DNA of 64,000 nt from Gemmatimonadota bacterium (GTDB lineage: Bacteria > Latescibacterota > UBA2968 > UBA8231), in the NCBI GenBank assembly GCA_038153405.1, contig JAYOYH010000001.1:128156-192155 (forward strand), given 5' to 3'. Numbering within the stretch: position 1 is the first letter of the stretch; the number at the start of each line of letters is the position of its first letter. Positions 55,552 through 64,000 of this stretch are shown piece after piece. The notes under the pieces were generated by a model. The model was given only the letters and a program-made list of their open reading frames with translations. It was not told the origin of the DNA and did no database searches. Position numbers and translations under genes: made by a program.

Positions 55552-58500
55552 ATGTCCCAAGGAATATCATTCTCGGGTCTGGGCTCCGGCCTCGATACGG
55601 ACAGTATTATATCGCAGCTCTTAAGTATTGAGCGCCGTCCCATATCCCTGATACAGCAGCGCCAGGCGACCCTGGAGCAGCAGAAGAGCGTTCTCAACTC
55701 GATCAATTCGAGCCTGATCTCGCTGCAGGGAGCGACCGAAAACCTGGCTACCGACGAGGTCTTCTCCATCGTCAGCGCCAAGTCAGACGACAGTGCGCGC
55801 GTATCGGTTGATGCCAGCAACGAGGCTGCCGCCGGCAATTTCAGCGTGGAAGTGCTGGAGTTGGCCAAGGCGCGCCGCCTGTCCTCTCGCTCTTTTTCCA
55901 GCCTGTCGGAATCCCTTAATGCAAGCGGTGAATTCGTCGTTAACGGCAAGGGTATAGAAATCGAAGCCGACGACGATCTGCTGGATATTCGCGACAAAAT
56001 CAATGCGGCTGACGCCGGAGTTACCGCCCAGTTACTCACGGTTTCCACTGGCGATAGCCGCCTTATTCTGACGGCCGACGAGGTGGGGAGCAACGGATTT
56101 TCCATTCAGGATGCCAGCACGACCGATGTGCTGCAGAGCCTGGGCTTCACTTCGAGCGGCACCAGCATAAAGAACGCTTTCAACAACGGCGCCCGCAGTA
56201 GCCAGTTTCTGGCCGCCGACGAGGCGATCGGCCAACTGCTATCACTGGGGTCGCCGCCGGCCGGCACCGTTAAAGTGGACGATGCCGAAATCGAAATCGA
56301 CCTATCGGCCGACTCCCTCAATTCTATTCGCGACAAAATCAACGACGCCGGTATCGAAGGCGTTACGGCATCAATTGCCACTAGCGACGTCGACGGGATT
56401 ACGCGCTACGAGCTCGAGATTGAGGGAACGACCTCTCTGGCCGACGACGGCGGCATATTGGAGACCCTCGGCGCTCTGTCCAACGGCGGCGCTTTGGACA
56501 ATCCCATCGCATCGGGTGCTGAAAGCGATGCATTTGTCAGCAGCAGCACGGCGTTGGGCTCGCTGTTGGGCCTGGCCAATGGCCCGTCGGGTGCGGTGCA
56601 AATTGCCGGGCGAACGATCGATATCAATCTGGCAGAGGATTCGCTTAGCGATATTCAGACACGAATTAACGACGCGGGGGCCGAAGGCGTATCGGCGACG
56701 ATTGTCAGCTCGAGCGACGACGATGGCAATGCGTCGCTGCAGCTGCGCATCATCGGCACGACCGAGCTGACCGACGACGGCAACGTCCTCGAGTCCATCG
56801 GCATTCTCGTCGGCTCAAATAATGCCTTCGAAAGCGTGGCGCAGGTGCTGACGTCGAACGCTTCGCTAGAGGAGAAGGGGGCGCTCGTGCACGCCACCGG
56901 CAACGGCGCAAAGACCGATGCCCTCGCCAGCGACGCCGACGTCATTGGTGGTCTCATCGACTCGACGGCCGCCGGCACAGTGTCCATCGGCGATGCGGTC
57001 GTGGAAATCGACTTGGCTACTGATTCGCTCAACGATATTCGCGATAAGATTAATCTGGCCGCGCCTACCGGCGTTACCGCTGCGGTGAATGTGACCGATT
57101 CCGGCGAATTTGAACTGGAAGTTAGCGGCACGAGCGATTTTGTCGACGACGGCGGCGTGCTCAATGCACTGGGCGTGACCGAAGAATCCACGGCGATTAG
57201 CGCGGATACGCGGTTTGCCAATATCCTAGGGGCTGGAGTGCAGGCCGGCGATACGATCTCGATCAGCGGCACCAATAAGGACGGCGATCAGATCTCCAGC
57301 ACGTTCACCATCAGCAACGGCAATGTGAAGGTGCAGAACTTGCTCAATAGCATAGAGCAGGCTTTCGGCAATTCCGTCGATGCTTCGCTCGATGGATCGG
57401 GACGCATCGTCCTGCGCGATGGCGAGGCGGGAACCAGTAAATTGACCCTGAGCCTGCAGGCCAATAACGAGAGCGGCGGCAGCCTGGCGCTGGGCGGTAT
57501 GGCGCGGACGACTTCGGGCAGCGATGCCCGTTCGTCGGAACTACAGGCCGGTCAGGACGCTATGTTCCGCATCAACGGCATTGAGCTGAATCGCGCGACC
57601 AACACCATTACCGATGCCGTGCAGGGCGTTACGCTCAACCTACTGGAAGCCGAAGAGGGCGAGCTAATTAATATCACCGTCGACAAGGACGATACCTCGG
57701 CGCTGCGCGACAATATTGGCTCCTTCGTCGATCAGTTTAATACGGCGATGGATCTCATCAACGAGCAGTTTGCCTATGATGAAACGTCCCAGAGGGCGGG
57801 GCCAATGGCCGGCGACTCCACGCTGCTCTCTTTGCAGTCGCGCCTGCGCTCGGTCGTCACGTCGCAGGTCGACGGTCTGGACGAAGGCTTTAACGCGCTG
57901 GTATTGGTCGGGATCAATTTCGACCGCAACGGGCGTCTACAGATCGACGAAGAGCGCCTGACTGAGGTGCTCAACGAAAACCTCGAGGATGTGCGCAAGC
58001 TGTTTGTTGCCCAGGGCAGTACCGATAATGGTGACGTCGATTTTGTATCTTCTAATTCGCGGACTAAGGCGGGCAATTACAGCGTTTCCGTCACTCAGGC
58101 CGCTGGGCGGGCTTCGCTGGTTGGCAGCGTGGAGTTCAACGGTGTCCTAAGCGAAGACCAGGAACTTGAGGTCCTCGATAAGGTTACGGGCAAGCTGACG
58201 CGGATACAGCTCAGCGCGGGAGACAACCTCAATTCGATTGTCAGCCAGATTAACACGGATATGGCCAGCGATATCGCCGAGGTGCGGCGTGCCTCGATCG
58301 CCAATACGACCGATGGCAATACGGCGATTCTCGCTTCGACTGCATTTGCCGACATCTTTGGTGCCGGCGTGCAAAATGGTGATACGATCCGCATCAACGG
58401 CACTACGCACGATGGTTCTAGTCTTTCGCGCACCTTCACCATTGAAGACGCATCGACGACGACGGTGGGCGATATGCTGGCTGAAGTGCGCAGGATGTTT

Positions 58501-59208
58501 GGCGGTCGGGTCAGTGCCAATATCGATTCCGAAGGTCGCATTGTCGTATCGGATAACCAAGTCGGCAATAGCAGTTTGACGCTGACGCTGGTCGAGGAGA
58601 ACGAGGGGGGGGGCAGTCTGAACTTCGGCAGCATCGAAGTCGAGAGCGAGGGACGCCTTGGACTGGATATTACGGCCAGCAATCGGGATAACCGACTCGT
58701 TATTGAACACAACGGCTTTGGCGCGCGCAACGGCTTTACGATCGGCGCTGATCTGGCTGAACTGGGTCTCAGCGCTGGCGGCGTCGAAGGCAAGGACGTG
58801 CAGGGGGAAATCGACGGGCAAGAAGCCGACGGATTCGGCCGCATTCTCACCGGGAAAATTGGCGCAGAGAACGTCGATAGCCTGTCGCTGCGCATCAATT
58901 TGGACGAGGGCGAACTGGCCGAGTCGGGTGCAGACCGAGGCAGCGTCAACCTAATTTTTGGCGTCGGGCGCCTGTTGGCCGATGAGCTAAAGGCGATCAC
59001 CGATTCGTTTGATGGGACGATTAAAAATCGCGAAAAAGCCATTGTCGACACCATTGATGATCTGGATTCGCGCATCGCGGATATGGAGCGGCGCGTTGAA
59101 CAGAAGCGACTCAGTCTTGTGGGGCGTTTCGCTTCTTTGGAGGGCAGTATTGCTACGCTGCAATCGCAGGGCAACTTTCTCAGCAACCAGCTCGCTGGGC
59201 TGAGATAG
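55552..59208 (+). CDS. fliD: Filament cap protein FliD, greatly enlarged by internal repeats
   Basis: SFSGLGSGLDTDSIISQL N-terminus, GQDAMFRINGI..TNTITDAVQGVTL, and RFASLE...LQSQ C-terminus; 1218 aa. Confidence 0.93.
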   Translation: MSQGISFSGLGSGLDTDSIISQLLSIERRPISLIQQRQATLEQQKSVLNSINSSLISLQGATENLATDEVFSIVSAKSDDSARVSVDASNEAAAGNFSVEVLELAKARRLSSRSFSSLSESLNASGEFVVNGKGIEIEADDDLLDIRDKINAADAGVTAQLLTVSTGDSRLILTADEVGSNGFSIQDASTTDVLQSLGFTSSGTSIKNAFNNGARSSQFLAADEAIGQLLSLGSPPAGTVKVDDAEIEIDLSADSLNSIRDKINDAGIEGVTASIATSDVDGITRYELEIEGTTSLADDGGILETLGALSNGGALDNPIASGAESDAFVSSSTALGSLLGLANGPSGAVQIAGRTIDINLAEDSLSDIQTRINDAGAEGVSATIVSSSDDDGNASLQLRIIGTTELTDDGNVLESIGILVGSNNAFESVAQVLTSNASLEEKGALVHATGNGAKTDALASDADVIGGLIDSTAAGTVSIGDAVVEIDLATDSLNDIRDKINLAAPTGVTAAVNVTDSGEFELEVSGTSDFVDDGGVLNALGVTEESTAISADTRFANILGAGVQAGDTISISGTNKDGDQISSTFTISNGNVKVQNLLNSIEQAFGNSVDASLDGSGRIVLRDGEAGTSKLTLSLQANNESGGSLALGGMARTTSGSDARSSELQAGQDAMFRINGIELNRATNTITDAVQGVTLNLLEAEEGELINITVDKDDTSALRDNIGSFVDQFNTAMDLINEQFAYDETSQRAGPMAGDSTLLSLQSRLRSVVTSQVDGLDEGFNALVLVGINFDRNGRLQIDEERLTEVLNENLEDVRKLFVAQGSTDNGDVDFVSSNSRTKAGNYSVSVTQAAGRASLVGSVEFNGVLSEDQELEVLDKVTGKLTRIQLSAGDNLNSIVSQINTDMASDIAEVRRASIANTTDGNTAILASTAFADIFGAGVQNGDTIRINGTTHDGSSLSRTFTIEDASTTTVGDMLAEVRRMFGGRVSANIDSEGRIVVSDNQVGNSSLTLTLVEENEGGGSLNFGSIEVESEGRLGLDITASNRDNRLVIEHNGFGARNGFTIGADLAELGLSAGGVEGKDVQGEIDGQEADGFGRILTGKIGAENVDSLSLRINLDEGELAESGADRGSVNLIFGVGRLLADELKAITDSFDGTIKNREKAIVDTIDDLDSRIADMERRVEQKRLSLVGRFASLEGSIATLQSQGNFLSNQLAGLR

Positions 59209-59221
59209 CCGCAGGGGGAGA

Positions 59222-59671
59222 ATGAATCAAACGATGAATAAAGGCGCGTACAAGCAGTATAACCAGGTACAAATCAAAACGGCCAATCGCGGTAAGTTGA
59301 TCGTCATGCTCTACCAGGGAGCCATTCGCTTTATGAAAAAAGCGATATTGCACCTAGAGCAAAAAGACATGGAAGGCAAGGGCAATGCGCTGATCCGCGC
59401 GCAAGATATCATACTCGAATTGACCTATGCGCTCGATCAGCAGCTGCTGGAAAAGGGCGATGAACTGGCCGTCAATCTGCAGCGCCTCTACTTGTATTCG
59501 TACCGCAGGCTCGTACATGCCAATATGCGCATGGAAACGGAGCCGATCGAAGAGGTGATCAAGCTGATGGAAAATCTGCTGCAGGCCTGGGAGCAGGTCG
59601 TGCAGGGGGAGGGAGGTGGACCGAGTGGAGAGGCTCCAACGGCATCCACCGGATTGGTATTGACGGGCTAA
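59222..59671 (+). CDS. fliS: Flagellin export chaperone FliS
   Basis: AYKQY, LIVMLYQGAI, AQDIILEL, NLQRLYLY and LLQAW motifs. Confidence 0.95.
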   Translation: MNQTMNKGAYKQYNQVQIKTANRGKLIVMLYQGAIRFMKKAILHLEQKDMEGKGNALIRAQDIILELTYALDQQLLEKGDELAVNLQRLYLYSYRRLVHANMRMETEPIEEVIKLMENLLQAWEQVVQGEGGGPSGEAPTASTGLVLTG

Positions 59672-60088
59672 ATGGCGACGAAGACCCATAGCGCAGAGAC
59701 GATGCGGCTGCTCGACGAACAGTGCCGTGCCTACGGCGATATGTTCGAGGTGGGCAAGAAGCAGCGCGCCTGCATAGAGCAGCAGGATTACGAGGCGCTC
59801 GAACAGGCCTTTTCCGAGATGCATAGGCTGATGGACGAAGTGCGCCTGCGCCAGCAGAGACTGCCCGATCTGGACGCGAGCGAGCAGGCCGTAGAACTGC
59901 GCATAGAACGCATGCGCGACTGGCTGCTGCGACTGCAGGACCAGCGCACTGCAACGCAGTCGCTCGCCGAGGAGATGCTGCGTCTCAATCGCGAAGAATT
60001 TCGGCAGATTGGTCGCGGTCGGCGCGCTGCCCGAGGCTATAAAACGGCCCCCGCTACCGGTGCGCGACTCTATGATGGAACGCGATAG
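59672..60088 (+). CDS. FliT/FlgN-like helical flagellar chaperone
   Basis: 138 aa, helical, after fliS; C-terminal ARGY...LYDGTR. Confidence 0.6.
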   Translation: MATKTHSAETMRLLDEQCRAYGDMFEVGKKQRACIEQQDYEALEQAFSEMHRLMDEVRLRQQRLPDLDASEQAVELRIERMRDWLLRLQDQRTATQSLAEEMLRLNREEFRQIGRGRRAARGYKTAPATGARLYDGTR

Positions 60089-60089
60089 G

Positions 60090-60118
60090 TTGTATTTTCC
60101 GAAGCGCCTCCCTATATT
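60090..60118 (+). promoter_or_regulatory. sigma70-type promoter of flgM
   Basis: TTGTAT-N17-TATATT. Confidence 0.6.
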
Positions 60119-60158
60119 GGCCCCAGACGGCCCGCGCGATGTTTTTTTGCATTTTGGC

Positions 60159-60185
60159 TAAAGTTTTAGACAACGTTGCCGATAG
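60159..60185 (+). promoter_or_regulatory. sigma28 promoter of flgM
   Basis: TAAAGTTT-N11-GCCGATAG, near-perfect consensus. Confidence 0.88.
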
Positions 60186-60229
60186 ATACTAGTAGAAGCG
60201 GGTTTTACACTTAGAGAAGAGGCCCAAAG

Positions 60230-60685
60230 ATGCGGATAGACGGATTATCGCATCAGCCGAAGATTTCACAGTCTCAGCAGCGCGGCGCTCCAGTTCGTAG
60301 TAAGAGCGAAGGCGAGCGTGCTGACGACGTGGTCGAGATCTCGCAAGGAGCAAAAGAAGTTTCCGAACTCAGTGCTCTGGCGCGCGCTGAATCGACGGAG
60401 ACCAATCCTCGAATTGACGAGATTAAGCAGCGCGTCGAGTCTGGGTATTACAACGCGCGCCAAGTCCGTGAGCAAATCGCCGACTCGCTCCTCGAATCCA
60501 GCAGCGTGCAGTCCGAAGTAGCGGACATCGCCGTTTTTAAGGGGGCGCAACAGCAGCTGGAAAACGTGCCTGACGTGCGCGAAAATAGAGTGAATGAGGC
60601 TCGTCAGCGCGTGGAGAGTGGATTCTACGATCAGACAGAAGTCCGGCTGGAAACGGCAGATCGCATACTGGATGAGATGGCCTAG
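60230..60685 (+). CDS. flgM: Anti-sigma28 factor FlgM with a tandem duplicated C-terminal domain
   Basis: DVVEIS motif, then two R(I/V)xExxQRVESG(Y/F)Y...ADx(L/I)L units; sigma28 promoter upstream. Confidence 0.8.
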   Translation: MRIDGLSHQPKISQSQQRGAPVRSKSEGERADDVVEISQGAKEVSELSALARAESTETNPRIDEIKQRVESGYYNARQVREQIADSLLESSSVQSEVADIAVFKGAQQQLENVPDVRENRVNEARQRVESGFYDQTEVRLETADRILDEMA

Positions 60686-60708
60686 CGATCTGGCGATACG
60701 AAGATCAC

Positions 60709-60747
60709 AAAATGGCGATGCCTGCGGGCGTCGCCATTTTTGTGTTT
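60709..60747 (+). terminator. Intrinsic terminator after flgM
   Basis: AAAATGGCGATGCC-TGCG-GGCGTCGCCATTTT followed by TGTGTTT. Confidence 0.8.
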
Positions 60748-60843
60748 ATAGCAGCGCGTCGCCATATTGCACTGGGCGTACCGGCATGGCAATGCAATGA
60801 GTATCGGCCGGCAGTTGAAAGAGCATAGGCGGGGAGTAGAGCG

Positions 60844-61830
60844 ATGGCGAATGGCGATTGCGCAATTGGCGTTGATGGGGGTGGATCACATACGCGGGCT
60901 GCCTTGGTGCGGCGCGATGGCCGTATCGTCAATGTGGTGCGCGGCAGCGGTGGCAACTTCCAGCAAGTCGGCTTAGGTGGCTTGGAGCAGCTGCTGCGCG
61001 GTATGCTGGGTTCCTGGGTGGAGCCGCCAGACGGTGAGCGTCCGCGGGCCATGTGTCTGGGGCTGGCCGGTGCTGGACGTCGAGCTGAACAGGAGGCCAT
61101 TGCCGCGCATATTACAGCGCTCGGTTGGGTAGGTGCAGTGCGCGTCGAGAGCGATGCGCGCACGGCGTTGGCGGCAGCCCATGCCGGCCAAGCGGGTGTC
61201 ATTGCCATTGCCGGAACGGGGTCGATGGTACTGGGAGTCAACGCGAGCGGCGAGTGGGTGCGCGCCGGGGGCTGGGGGCCGATTCTTGGCGATGAGGGCA
61301 GCGGTTATGATATTGCGCTAAGGGCTATACGCGCGGCGCTGGCCGCATGCGATGGCAGCGGTCCAGACACGGCGCTGGACGGCGCACTGCGCCATGAGTT
61401 GGGACTGGCAGAGTGGAGCGAGCTGGTGCCCAGAGTGTATGGCGGCGACCTAGACCGGGCGCGTCTGGCCGCGCTGGCGCCGATTGTGCTGAAGGTGGCT
61501 GAAGGCGGCGATCGGGTGGCCATGTCCGCCGTTGATGCCGCTGTGCGGGGGTTAGCCGGACAAATTGCCGCCGTCGCACGGCGTTTAGGGTACGGCGATT
61601 GCGTGCGCTTGGCCTACAGCGGCGGCGCGGTCGTCGGATCTGCTCTACTGCGCGAACAGATTGGACGGCAGCTCGCGGTAGAGGGATTCGTCGCAGAGAA
61701 CGCGCCGCTGCGCTTGGCGCCGGTGCTGGGGGCTGCACTGCTGGCTTGGGAGCAAGTGGGGGTTAAACTGGACGCAGCCGCCATGGTTGCGCTCGAACGG
61801 GATGGTGCGGCGCTCCTGGCAGAAACTTGA
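60844..61830 (+). CDS. BadF/BadG/BcrA/BcrD-family ATPase, N-acetylglucosamine-kinase-like
   Basis: IGVDGGGSHT, GLAG, SDA, IAGTGS and GGWGPILGDEGSG motifs. Confidence 0.88.
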   Translation: MANGDCAIGVDGGGSHTRAALVRRDGRIVNVVRGSGGNFQQVGLGGLEQLLRGMLGSWVEPPDGERPRAMCLGLAGAGRRAEQEAIAAHITALGWVGAVRVESDARTALAAAHAGQAGVIAIAGTGSMVLGVNASGEWVRAGGWGPILGDEGSGYDIALRAIRAALAACDGSGPDTALDGALRHELGLAEWSELVPRVYGGDLDRARLAALAPIVLKVAEGGDRVAMSAVDAAVRGLAGQIAAVARRLGYGDCVRLAYSGGAVVGSALLREQIGRQLAVEGFVAENAPLRLAPVLGAALLAWEQVGVKLDAAAMVALERDGAALLAET

Positions 61831-61854
61831 CAAGGTATTTCTGGCCCTTATCAT
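61827..61854 (+). promoter_or_regulatory. sigma70-type promoter of the hrcA operon
   Basis: TTGACA-N16-TATCAT. Confidence 0.55.
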
Positions 61855-61902
61855 TATTCAACTATCCCCTCGATACAGACTGCAAGGCGAGTCGCAAGTG
61901 AT

Positions 61903-62934
61903 ATGGAAACTAAATCGGCTGATATTAATCGGCGAGAGATTCAGGTCCTGCAGGCACTAGTCCGGGCGCATATCGCCTTAGGGACTCCGGTGGGCTCGCG
62001 CACGCTGAGCGAACAGTACGGCGTCGGTGCGAGTTCGGCCACCGTTCGCAACGCCTTGGCCAATCTGGAGGAGAAGGGGTATGTGCACCAGCCGCATACT
62101 TCGGCGGGGCGCGTGCCTACGGAGCGGGGGTATCGCTTTTACGTCATGCAGTGCATGTCCGACGATGCACTGGGGTTGGAAGCCGGTGGTGCGGAACTGC
62201 GTCACCAGTTGGAGATGCAGCTGCGCGAAGGGGATATGCAGGAGATCATGGCGCAGCTAGCCCATATTATCGGCAAGATATCTAAACAGCTGGGGTTGGT
62301 GCTGGCGCCGCGCTTTGAGCGGGGCGTGCTCGGTCGCCTCGAGCTGGTGCACCTGGCCGACAACCGCTTGCTGTTGGTCGTATCCATCAACCAAGGTCTG
62401 GTCAAAAGCTTGGTGATCGAAGTGGGCTCGCGCATTTCGCGCGAGGACGTGCAGCTGACCGGTCGCTGGTTGAACGAGCGCCTGTCGGGTTTGAAGCTGG
62501 CAGAGATTCGCCATACGATGCGCGAACGCCTGCAGCCGCTGGCCGATAGCAACCCGCAGCTGGTGCGCGCCGTCGTCGACGAAATAGAGGCGCTGGTGCA
62601 GGGCACGGCGAGCGACCTGCACGTTTCGGGCACCAGTAACTTGTGCCTGCATCCGGAGTTTGGCGATTCGCTGCAGGTGGCCGGGCTGGTCGATTTGGCG
62701 GAAAAGAAAGACCTATTGGCCGGGCTTATGAGCGAGCGGCGCGGCGTGGTGGTAACCATCGGCGAGGACCATCCCCTCGCGGCGCTGCAGCGCTGCGGGA
62801 TGGTTACGGCCAGCTACGAGGTCGGTGGGGGATCGGGGGTCATCGGGATCATTGGCCCCACCCGTATGCCCTATGACTCTCTCATGGCCTTGGTCAACTA
62901 TGCGGCCTCGCGTGCTGCACAGCTGGTTTGTTAG
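61903..62934 (+). CDS. hrcA: Heat-inducible transcription repressor HrcA
   Basis: PVGSRTL, SSATVRN, QPHTSAGRVPT..GYRFYV and IGPTRMPY motifs. Confidence 0.95.
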   Translation: METKSADINRREIQVLQALVRAHIALGTPVGSRTLSEQYGVGASSATVRNALANLEEKGYVHQPHTSAGRVPTERGYRFYVMQCMSDDALGLEAGGAELRHQLEMQLREGDMQEIMAQLAHIIGKISKQLGLVLAPRFERGVLGRLELVHLADNRLLLVVSINQGLVKSLVIEVGSRISREDVQLTGRWLNERLSGLKLAEIRHTMRERLQPLADSNPQLVRAVVDEIEALVQGTASDLHVSGTSNLCLHPEFGDSLQVAGLVDLAEKKDLLAGLMSERRGVVVTIGEDHPLAALQRCGMVTASYEVGGGSGVIGIIGPTRMPYDSLMALVNYAASRAAQLVC

Positions 62935-62976
62935 GCCCCGCACTGCGAGGTTCAATTTTTATACTAAAGGAGAACG

Positions 62977-63570
62977 ATGAGCGAGAGAGAATCGACGGAG
63001 GGACAGACGCTAGACGGGCGCGATGCCGCTGGGGAAGAGCAGGTTGAGGTGGGTGCTACACAAGGGGAAGAAGCCGATGCGGCCGAGGTGTCAGAAGAGT
63101 TGAGTCCAGACCAACAGTTGGTCGCTGCGCGCGAGGAAGCCGCTGCTCATTACGACCGCTACCTGCGCTCCGTGGCCGAGTTGGACAACTTTCGCAAGCG
63201 CACGGCGCGCATGCGGGCCGACGTGCGCGAAGAAACCCTGCGCGACGTCCTATTGCAGGTGGCTCCGGTCCTCGACAATATGCGTCGTGCTCTTGATCAA
63301 GAGACCCAGGACGTCGACGCGCTCAAGCAGGGTATCGAACTGACGTACGCCCAGCTCAACGGCGCCCTCGACGGGTATGGGCTCAAGCCGATCGAGGCGG
63401 TAGACCAGCGCTTTGACCCCAATGTGCACGAGGCAATGCTCGAGGTCGAAGATGCCGAACGCGAGCCGGGTACCGTCATACAGGAAATGGAAAAGGGATA
63501 CACGCTAAACGGCAAGGTCGTGCGGCCGGCGCGCGTAATCGTTAGCAAGGCGCCAAGCGAGGGAGAATAG
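62977..63570 (+). CDS. grpE: Nucleotide exchange factor GrpE
   Basis: AELDNFRKR, PVLDNMRRAL, FDPNVHEA and KGYTLNGKVVRPARV motifs. Confidence 0.96.
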   Translation: MSERESTEGQTLDGRDAAGEEQVEVGATQGEEADAAEVSEELSPDQQLVAAREEAAAHYDRYLRSVAELDNFRKRTARMRADVREETLRDVLLQVAPVLDNMRRALDQETQDVDALKQGIELTYAQLNGALDGYGLKPIEAVDQRFDPNVHEAMLEVEDAEREPGTVIQEMEKGYTLNGKVVRPARVIVSKAPSEGE

Positions 63571-63588
63571 CCCGGATCGGGCATAGCA

Positions 63589-64000
63589 ATGGCAAAGAGA
63601 GATTACTATGAAGTGTTGGGCGTGGGACGCGAGGCCGGCGAGGGCGAGGTAAAGAGCGCCTACCGCAAACTCGCCCTCAAATACCATCCGGATCGCAACC
63701 AGGGAAACGCCGAAGCAGAAGAGATGTTTAAAGAAGCGTCCGAAGCCTACGAAGTGCTATCCGACGCCGACAAGCGCGCGCAGTACGATCGCTACGGGCA
63801 CGCTGGCGTCGAGGGCAATTTTGCCGGCGGAGGGTTCCAGTGGTCGGATTTCAGCCACGCATCGGATTTCCAAGACATCTTCGGCGATATCTTCGACTCG
63901 TTTTTTGGCGGCGGTGGTCGACGGCGAGGTCCGGCCGGGCCGCCGCGCGGCCGCGATCTGAAGATCAAGGTTGCGCTCTCTCTGGGCGAGATTATGACCG
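63589..64000 (+). CDS. dnaJ: Chaperone DnaJ (3'-truncated; absent from the ORF track)
   Basis: Read by hand: [12 protein letters not shown]...[16 protein letters not shown]-rich region with DIFGDIF, then RGRDL. Confidence 0.95.
   Translation, partial: MAKRDYYEVLGVGREAGEGEVKSAYRKLALKYHPDRNQGNAEAEEMFKEASEAYEVLSDADKRAQYDRYGHAGVEGNFAGGGFQWSDFSHASDFQDIFGDIFDSFFGGGGRRRGPAGPPRGRDLKIKVALSLGEIMT

Noticed and set aside
58095..59186. Long antisense ORFs (also 20175-21125, 23118-23915, 44538-45404)
   Set aside because: Shadow or alternate-frame ORFs over well-supported genes, as expected in GC-rich DNA.
61860..61890. CIRCE element
   Set aside because: Only a partial right half-site; the left arm at 9-bp spacing (AACTATCCC) does not match.
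1..64000. CRISPR arrays, IS elements, prophage, tRNA/rRNA, defence systems
   Set aside because: No repeat-spacer periodicity, transposase, integrase, phage or nuclease motifs, or RNA gene signatures were seen; the window is nearly filled by assignable CDSs.

Overview
GC-rich chromosomal window from a diderm bacterium (FlgH/FlgI, an MCE/Mla system, Lgt and TRAP are present). I cannot fix the taxon from sequence alone. The left half (1-32.7 kb) is mixed metabolic and envelope content: an unknown repeat protein and a lipoprotein, an MBL hydrolase, aspC, an FkbM methyltransferase, folA, an MCE operon with an embedded outer-membrane-type protein, a lipid kinase, a fatty acyl-CoA reductase, lgt, redox and PLP enzymes, a TRAP transporter, rpiA, an AAC(3)-ACP-FkbH-GT4 acyl-transfer module, def, and MotE-like, FGE-sulfatase and CBM9-like genes. 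The right half (32.8-60.7 kb) is a flagellar cluster: flgFGAHIJNKL-fliW-csrA, three glycosyltransferase genes (two giant and multi-domain), three flagellins, flaG, a 1218-aa repeat-expanded fliD, fliS, a fliT-like gene and a two-domain flgM. It is followed by a GlcNAc-kinase-like gene and hrcA-grpE-dnaJ (truncated). The flagellar regulatory elements can be read directly: two near-identical sigma54 promoters share a candidate enhancer at identical spacing, there are four sigma28 promoters and internal sigma70 promoters, and CsrA-type GGA hairpins sit on all three flagellin leaders and on csrA itself. The best candidates for undescribed biology are the glyceryl-ACP acyl-transfer module plus the multi-GT island (flagellin glycan decoration), the tandem FlgM, the giant FliD, the structured fliC3 upstream region and the MCE/barrel operon. 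I saw no rRNA, tRNA, CRISPR array or mobile element. All calls come from motif reading; no database searches were run.
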